Positions 44,058-49,106 of a stretch of DNA of 49,106 nucleotides are shown here, one piece after another. This stretch comes from Pseudobdellovibrionaceae bacterium (GTDB taxonomy: Bacteria > Bdellovibrionota > Bdellovibrionia > Bdellovibrionales > JAMPXM01): NCBI GenBank assembly GCA_023701225.1, contig JAMPXM010000001.1:1-49106 (forward strand), written 5' to 3'. Every line of letters begins with the position of its first letter. The first letter of the stretch is position 1. The notes under the pieces were generated by a model. The model was given only the letters and a program-made list of their open reading frames with translations, ran no database searches and was not told the DNA's origin. Position numbers and translations under genes: made by a program.

Positions 44058-45316
44058 GATCCCGCCATTCTGTTCGGGGTGAGAAGTGATTGCAGCGTGA
44101 TGGCGACTTCAGACAAAAGGGTCGCGTCTCGGAGGGATGAGTGGACTTGCATGCGCCCCTGGGCGTCGTAGCGGAGGAGGATGCGGCCGAAGCCAGGACG
44201 TAAAATTTGTGCCGGTCGCCGCGTCTCGCGTTCGTAAATCAACCGTAATTGCTCGCGACCGGACTCGAAAATCGAGATCAGGCGTCCACGCGCGTCGTAA
44301 AACAAATGATAGGTTTGCCCAGCACCCGTCGTGACTTGAGCCGGGAGACCATGGCGTGGATCCAACGAAGTTTCCGTGACCGACTTGAAACTGACATCGC
44401 GAGTACGAATCAGAGCAAGAGAGCCGTCCGCATCGCGCCGCCACCAATACTCGAATTTGCGTCGTTGAGTCGGCGCACCCTTACATCGGAATTGACTCTC
44501 TGTCGTCTGTCCCACTTCGCCCTGTGCGGAGAGGGACGAGTAGGTGTATTCCGTCACGCAGCCTTCGGAGTCTTTCCAGCGCATCACACGGTCATGTTCT
44601 GTATCGTAAGTGAGCTCCTCAGAGAGGCCGTCAGCGGATTGAATTCGACTGAGGTTATGGAGCTGGTCGTACCGGTACGCATGGACATGGCCTTTGGAAG
44701 AGCGCGCTCGGATGAGATCGGGTCCGGAGTATTCGTACCATGCGATGGAGCCGTTCGAAGAAATCACGCGCGTGATCTTTTGAGTCTTTTCGTCGTAAAC
44801 GAGGCGCAGTTTCGTAGGGCCGGCGCGAAGTTCTTCGAGTCGGCCGAGTGATGAGTAGCTGGTCTCGATCGGCCACCTCCCTGTGCGGATCCATGTCCGC
44901 AACCGACCCGAGCTTGCAAACACTTGCCGATCTCCCGAGGTGAGAAACCGAATGTGTTGTTCACGAGAAATGATGATTTTTTCACCGGGGCGCCGAGGGT
45001 GCAGGTATTCACCGGTCGGACTGAGCGCATAGACCAAATCTCCAGATTCGCAATCACGCAAAAGGAGCCGACGATCATCGAGCCGTTCCAAAAGGATTTC
45101 AAAACGGGTGCACCATCCGAAACCGAACAGCCCGTTGTACTGGGTGCGGCTCCTGTAAACACGCGAGAGCGCGAGTGCGCCCGGCGGGCCGGTCTCGATA
45201 TCCGTCCACTCATTGGAGTAGCCGGCGTCTTTGAGATCCACACCGGCGGATGCGGGAAGAGCGAGGGCGAAGTGAAATGCGACTTGAAAAAGAAAGCAAA
45301 AGAGAGGCGTCTTCAT
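44054..45316 (-). CDS. Short secreted YD/RHS-repeat protein
   Basis: ATG 45316 gives the signal peptide MKTPLFCFLFQVAFHFALALPASA; the ORF track starts at TTG 45361. YD-type repeats: YRYDQLHNLSRIQSADG, LTYDTEHDRVMRW, LFYDARGRLISI and LRYDAQGRM. The stop overlaps the S8 start (ATGA). Confidence 0.8.
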   Translation of the reverse strand: MKTPLFCFLFQVAFHFALALPASAGVDLKDAGYSNEWTDIETGPPGALALSRVYRSRTQYNGLFGFGWCTRFEILLERLDDRRLLLRDCESGDLVYALSPTGEYLHPRRPGEKIIISREQHIRFLTSGDRQVFASSGRLRTWIRTGRWPIETSYSSLGRLEELRAGPTKLRLVYDEKTQKITRVISSNGSIAWYEYSGPDLIRARSSKGHVHAYRYDQLHNLSRIQSADGLSEELTYDTEHDRVMRWKDSEGCVTEYTYSSLSAQGEVGQTTESQFRCKGAPTQRRKFEYWWRRDADGSLALIRTRDVSFKSVTETSLDPRHGLPAQVTTGAGQTYHLFYDARGRLISIFESGREQLRLIYERETRRPAQILRPGFGRILLRYDAQGRMQVHSSLRDATLLSEVAITLQSLLTPNRMAGS

Positions 45317-45543
45317 GCCCGACGGTTTTGCAAACGCGTGCCCGCGCCAAAAGCCATTCAAACGGAGGTTGGCGCTTGCGACCTCGACGTCTGCCGATCA
45401 AATTCTATGCATAGTGAGTGAGCGGACGCTTGTCGCCAAGATCGGCGTACGTCCGCTCGTGAGATCAACTGTCAGTTCGCACTGCGGATGTCGAAGGTCA
45501 GCGAACCTGAGCGAATCTTTGACAGGCGAAAATCATAAGTAGT

Positions 45544-46653
45544 TCAAGCTACTTGACCAAGCGACTTGGAGTCCGCAGCGACCGTATAGCGATTGCGGCC
45601 GCCATGCTTGGACTGATACAGAGCCTGATCTGCACGTTTGAGCCATTGTTCGCCACTTTCGCCGGGCTGCAACTGCGCGATCCCCATGGATATCGTGAAG
45701 CGCAGTTCTTTGTCTTGAACAAGCCAAACTTCCTTGCGGATTTTAGCCATGGTGTCTTCGGCGCGTTTGATTGCGTGTTCGACTGTGTGCTCGGGAAGGA
45801 GAACGGCAAACTCCTCGCCGCCGATACGGGCGACGAAATCGTGCTCGCGTGAGAATGACTCATGGAGCATGCGTACGCATTCCTTCAACGCGAAGTCACC
45901 GACGTCATGTCCGAAGCCATCGTTGATTTTTTTGAAGTGGTCGATGTCCAAAAGAATTATCGTGACCGGGACTTTCGACATCGTGAACAGATTGATCTGT
46001 TCTTTCAATGCCTCATCGAAGCTCTTGCGATTCCACGCGCCAGTGAGATGATCCTGGCGTGCGGATTTGTAGGCTTCGTCGAGTTTCTTTTTGACGGAAT
46101 CCAGATTTTTTTTGATTCCGCGGATCCGTTTCTCGCGGCGCACGTCTTTTCGCGATTGCTTTTCGACATAGTTATCGATGAATTCCCGCGATTTCGCGCG
46201 GAGCACTTCGATAGAGTCCGCCTGCACGGCCTCGCGCAAGGCTTCGAGATTGGATGCGATTTCGCTGTCATCGATTTGCTCGTGGCGAACATCTTCAGCG
46301 AGTTGATCCACGAAGTCCCAGATGATTCCCTTAAAGTCCTCAAAGGTCTTACGGACATAGGTGTATTCATCGACACGGTAGTGCGAGAAGAACTGCCGCA
46401 ATCGGAACAAGACTTTTTCGGAATCGGCCTCCGGATTGACGAGTTCCTTCGCGAATTCGTCGAGGATCGCGCGAACCTTACGCACCGGGTGGGTGTCGAT
46501 CTCAAAAAGGTGCTTGTTGTACAGGTCGATCACGTAGAGCAGTGTCGCACGGTCCTCGGAGATTTCATGCTTCGGCTTGGAATGGTCCTTCTCAGGGTTC
46601 CCGTTGAATCCATAGTCGAGTTGTTCGATGAGCTTTTGAACCCACTGTTTCAA
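45544..46653 (-). CDS. Diguanylate cyclase (GGDEF domain) with an I-site
   Basis: REHDFVARIGGEEFAVLL carries RxxD and GGEEF at canonical spacing. TTG 46653 has GGAGG 6 nt upstream. The ORF-track GTG 46731 lacks an RBS and adds an Arg-rich extension. Confidence 0.88.
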   Translation of the reverse strand: MKQWVQKLIEQLDYGFNGNPEKDHSKPKHEISEDRATLLYVIDLYNKHLFEIDTHPVRKVRAILDEFAKELVNPEADSEKVLFRLRQFFSHYRVDEYTYVRKTFEDFKGIIWDFVDQLAEDVRHEQIDDSEIASNLEALREAVQADSIEVLRAKSREFIDNYVEKQSRKDVRREKRIRGIKKNLDSVKKKLDEAYKSARQDHLTGAWNRKSFDEALKEQINLFTMSKVPVTIILLDIDHFKKINDGFGHDVGDFALKECVRMLHESFSREHDFVARIGGEEFAVLLPEHTVEHAIKRAEDTMAKIRKEVWLVQDKELRFTISMGIAQLQPGESGEQWLKRADQALYQSKHGGRNRYTVAADSKSLGQVA

Positions 46654-46799
46654 CGTCCGCCTCCGCGCCCGTGGCCTCAGGTCTCTTCGGTCGAGGAATG
46701 ATTTTGGTAAATAGGAAATCCAAAAAACCACAATTGAGAGCCGTCATCCAGGACCCCGAGAAACGTCCGGCGTCAGGACTTTCGGCCGTCATTCGTGCT

Positions 46800-47891
46800 T
46801 CAGAAATTCTCTCCGCGCTTTTTGCGTTTGATGTGATCGTGAATTTCGACGCTGATTTTTTTCCACTTCTTCTTTTCGGCTGCTGCGGCGACTTTATCGG
46901 TTTTGCGGCGCTGCGCTTCTGTCTCACGTTGCAGCTTCCGGTAGTTTTCCAGTCGATCTGGAGTCAGGGTACCGGAGGCGAGCGCCTCGCGAACGCGGCA
47001 GCCGGGCTCGCTGTTGTGAAGACAATCGGTGAATTTGCACTGCAGCGCCAGCGATTCAATGTCTTGAAAAACAGCCTCGATGCCTTGTCCGTCGTCCCAG
47101 ACCTGCAGCTCTCGCATCCCGGGCGTATCGATCATGAGGGCGCCGGTCGGAGACCGGAGCAAGTGACGCGCAGTCGTCGTGTGTCGACCTTTGTCATCGT
47201 CATCGCGAATTTCGCCGGTCTTGGCGACCTCTGCGCCAAAAAGCGCGTTAATCAATGTGGATTTACCGACGCCAGACGATCCGAGCAGCACTGAGGTGGA
47301 GCCAGGATTCAGATAAGCGCGAACCGCATCCAGGCCTTGCCCCGTCCGGCTGGATACGGGCAATGCGACGAGTTCCTGGGCAAGTGTCTGGACCTCGGCG
47401 ACCATCGGTTCAGGGTCAGCGCAAAGATCCGCCTTCGTCAGCAAGACGACGGGACGCGCGCCGCTGAGCAAAATGAGTGTCAGGTAGCGTTCGATTCTGC
47501 GCAGATTGAAGTCCTGATTGAGCGAACTCACGATAAACGCAGTGTCAACGTTCGCCGCCAGAACTTGCTCTTTGAGCTCCGCGCCGGCGACTTTTCGCAC
47601 GAGTAATGTTTTTCGATCGAGCAGTCGGTGAATAATGCCTCGACTGGTGTCGAGAGCCTCCACCATGACCCAGTCGCCTACGGATGGAAAGTCGCTTGCT
47701 GATGCGGCGACGTGGGCGAAACGCCCGCTGACTTCCGCCCGTAGAACCTGATCTGGACCAACTAAGACCTGAAACAAACGTTTGGCCGTCGAGATCACGC
47801 GACCTGGCTGTCCAGGCTCATCGCTTGCGAGTTGAATGCTGAAGTGCGGATCCCATCCGAGGTCCGTCAAAAATTCGAAATCTATCGGCAT
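46800..47891 (-). CDS. rsgA: Ribosome small-subunit-dependent GTPase A
   Basis: Circularly permuted GTPase motifs (LTKADL, GSSGVGKSTLINAL) and a zinc knuckle CKFTDCLHNSEPGC. Lys-rich C-terminal tail. Confidence 0.92.
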   Translation of the reverse strand: MPIDFEFLTDLGWDPHFSIQLASDEPGQPGRVISTAKRLFQVLVGPDQVLRAEVSGRFAHVAASASDFPSVGDWVMVEALDTSRGIIHRLLDRKTLLVRKVAGAELKEQVLAANVDTAFIVSSLNQDFNLRRIERYLTLILLSGARPVVLLTKADLCADPEPMVAEVQTLAQELVALPVSSRTGQGLDAVRAYLNPGSTSVLLGSSGVGKSTLINALFGAEVAKTGEIRDDDDKGRHTTTARHLLRSPTGALMIDTPGMRELQVWDDGQGIEAVFQDIESLALQCKFTDCLHNSEPGCRVREALASGTLTPDRLENYRKLQRETEAQRRKTDKVAAAAEKKKWKKISVEIHDHIKRKKRGENF

Positions 47892-47980
47892 TGAGGTAGA
47901 TGCAGGTTAACTGATACCCTGAAGCATATCAATGGAATCTCAATCAACCCCTACAAACGGGGCGAATCCAAATCTGTCAG

Positions 47981-48973
47981 ATGACAAAGAGGCGGAGTAT
48001 GAATCGGATGCCATCGGAAAACGTTCAGACTTTCGCGAAGGGTGAGATTCTCATCCGTGAGAATGAAATTTCGCGAAAGATGTTCGTCATCACGTCGGGC
48101 AAGGTACGTGTGACGAAAGCGTACATGAATCAAAAAATCACGCTGGCGATTTTAGGAGAGGGCGAGATTTTTGGTGAAATGAGCTTTGTCGACGGTCAGC
48201 CACGCTCGGCAACGATCGAGGCACTGACGCCCGTCGAGTGTTTTGTTTTGGACAGCGCCGAAGCGGAACAACAATTCAAGGGCTTGCCGGAATGGCTCAT
48301 GCCGATCGTCAGGACCGTCTTCAGCCGTCTACGATCCGCCGATACGCGGACCACGGTTTTGGCGAGCATGAACGAAATCGAGAAGCGACACTTCAAACGA
48401 GATTCCGTCGCGGAAGATCTTTACCGCGAGTTGCTCCGGTTGAACCGCGTTTTCCTGCTTGTCTATGAGCGATCCGGCACCACAGGAGGAAAGCCTCAGG
48501 CGAAAAACGTGTTGCGTGAATTGGATGAGGTGCTGGGTGACCACACGCTGAATTTGCAAACGTATTGGAAGCTTTTGTGCGAATGTGACTTTCTCGATGA
48601 GGCCGAGTCCGGCGATCTCACCTTGCAGCGAGTGAATTTCGATAAATGGACAGAAGAGCTGAAGTCCGAGATCGCCGCGCAAACGTACACACTCCTCAGT
48701 CATACCAGTGTTGCTTTGTTGAGGCGTATCATCGGCCATCTGCACGCTGATGACGAGTCCTACTCCGGAACGCCGAAGGTGAAGGTGCTTCATTCCGAGT
48801 TGAATCTTGAGCACATGCCTCTGGCGGATGAAGCCCTTGCAGAAATGGCGAAACGCGAGATCATTCATCGCATCGATAATGAAACGATCGAAGTGGATGT
48901 TCCGAAGGCCTTCAACGCCTTCATGTACCAAAGCCTATTGAAGTACTTCGAGCACCGGGTCCACGGCATTTAA
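47981..48973 (+). CDS. Cyclic-nucleotide-binding domain protein with an uncharacterised C-terminal half
   Basis: cNMP-binding signature GEGEIFGEMSFVDGQPRSATIEAL. ATG 47999 (AAGAGG 6 nt upstream) is an alternative start. Confidence 0.8.
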   Translation: MTKRRSMNRMPSENVQTFAKGEILIRENEISRKMFVITSGKVRVTKAYMNQKITLAILGEGEIFGEMSFVDGQPRSATIEALTPVECFVLDSAEAEQQFKGLPEWLMPIVRTVFSRLRSADTRTTVLASMNEIEKRHFKRDSVAEDLYRELLRLNRVFLLVYERSGTTGGKPQAKNVLRELDEVLGDHTLNLQTYWKLLCECDFLDEAESGDLTLQRVNFDKWTEELKSEIAAQTYTLLSHTSVALLRRIIGHLHADDESYSGTPKVKVLHSELNLEHMPLADEALAEMAKREIIHRIDNETIEVDVPKAFNAFMYQSLLKYFEHRVHGI

Positions 48974-49106
48974 CGAAAAGCATTCGCCCTTACGAGTTGG
49001 CCTATGCGGCGAGCCCGTGACACGACGAGGCGCGGTGATCGTCATAGCTCAAGCGTATCAACTGGCGTCTCGCACCGGAAAGACCAGATCGGTTTATTTT
49101 TTGCGG

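Noticed and set aside
45325-45343. Sigma-54-like GGGCAC-gcgt-TTGCA on the minus strand just upstream of the YD-repeat gene
   Set aside because: GG to GC spacing is 9 nt instead of the required 10. The element would sit only about 10 nt from the ATG, leaving no room for a leader or RBS.
45862-46701. 279-aa plus-strand ORF antisense to the GGDEF gene; similar long antisense ORFs at 26945-27631 (nagZ), 1747-2439 and 42556-43182
   Set aside because: All lie opposite genes with clear catalytic motifs and lack their own RBS or motifs.
49002-49106. Minus-strand frame open from the right window edge to a TAG at 49002-49004, possibly the 3' end of a convergent gene
   Set aside because: Only 34 codons are visible, with no motif, so it cannot be supported.

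Overview
This is a 49.1-kb window from a Gram-negative bacterium (TonB, outer-membrane barrel, lipoproteins). GC is moderately high by eye. The lineage cannot be fixed from the sequence alone. Bases 1-20,100 are a conserved housekeeping block, mostly on the minus strand and packed with ATGA/GTGA stop-start overlaps. It holds rpsB-tsf-pyrH-frr-uppS-cdsA-rseP-tsaB, a MinD/ParA-like ATPase next to a J-like/HTH protein, rluD and pgeF. It also holds galU, an exported hypothetical, priA, a Zn-ribbon hypothetical and an FAD oxidoreductase. On the plus strand are mltG, a nitroreductase and the 3' part of an AstD-like aldehyde dehydrogenase. Bases 20,100-49,106 are rich in hypothetical and envelope genes:
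- an exported protein plus an outer-membrane barrel
- TonB and a vWA lipoprotein
- nagZ with two orphan Dpp/Opp-type permeases
- an orphan TadG-like protein followed by two paralogous poly-Gly secreted proteins
- an AmgK/MurU-like pair
- a degenerate sigma-54 activator-like protein, a DUF222-type HNH endonuclease and a complete sigma-54 activator
- a translationally coupled S8 protease / short YD-repeat pair
- a GGDEF cyclase, rsgA and a cNMP-binding protein
I recognised no rRNA, tRNA, CRISPR array, transposase or integrase. Several ORF-track starts are N-terminal over-extensions and were trimmed using RBS, signal-peptide and homolog logic. Main leads:
1. Four TGGCAC-N5-TTG sigma-54-type promoters, all intergenic and correctly oriented. 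One appears to drive a roughly 60-nt two-hairpin candidate sRNA just downstream of the activator gene.
2. A pseudo-activator that has lost Walker A and GAFTGA.
3. The TadG-like / poly-Gly paralog cluster behind a 64-nt near-perfect palindrome.
4. The S8/YD pair.
5. Recurrent intergenic motifs and 11-12-nt tandem repeats.
All functional links are inference from sequence reading only.
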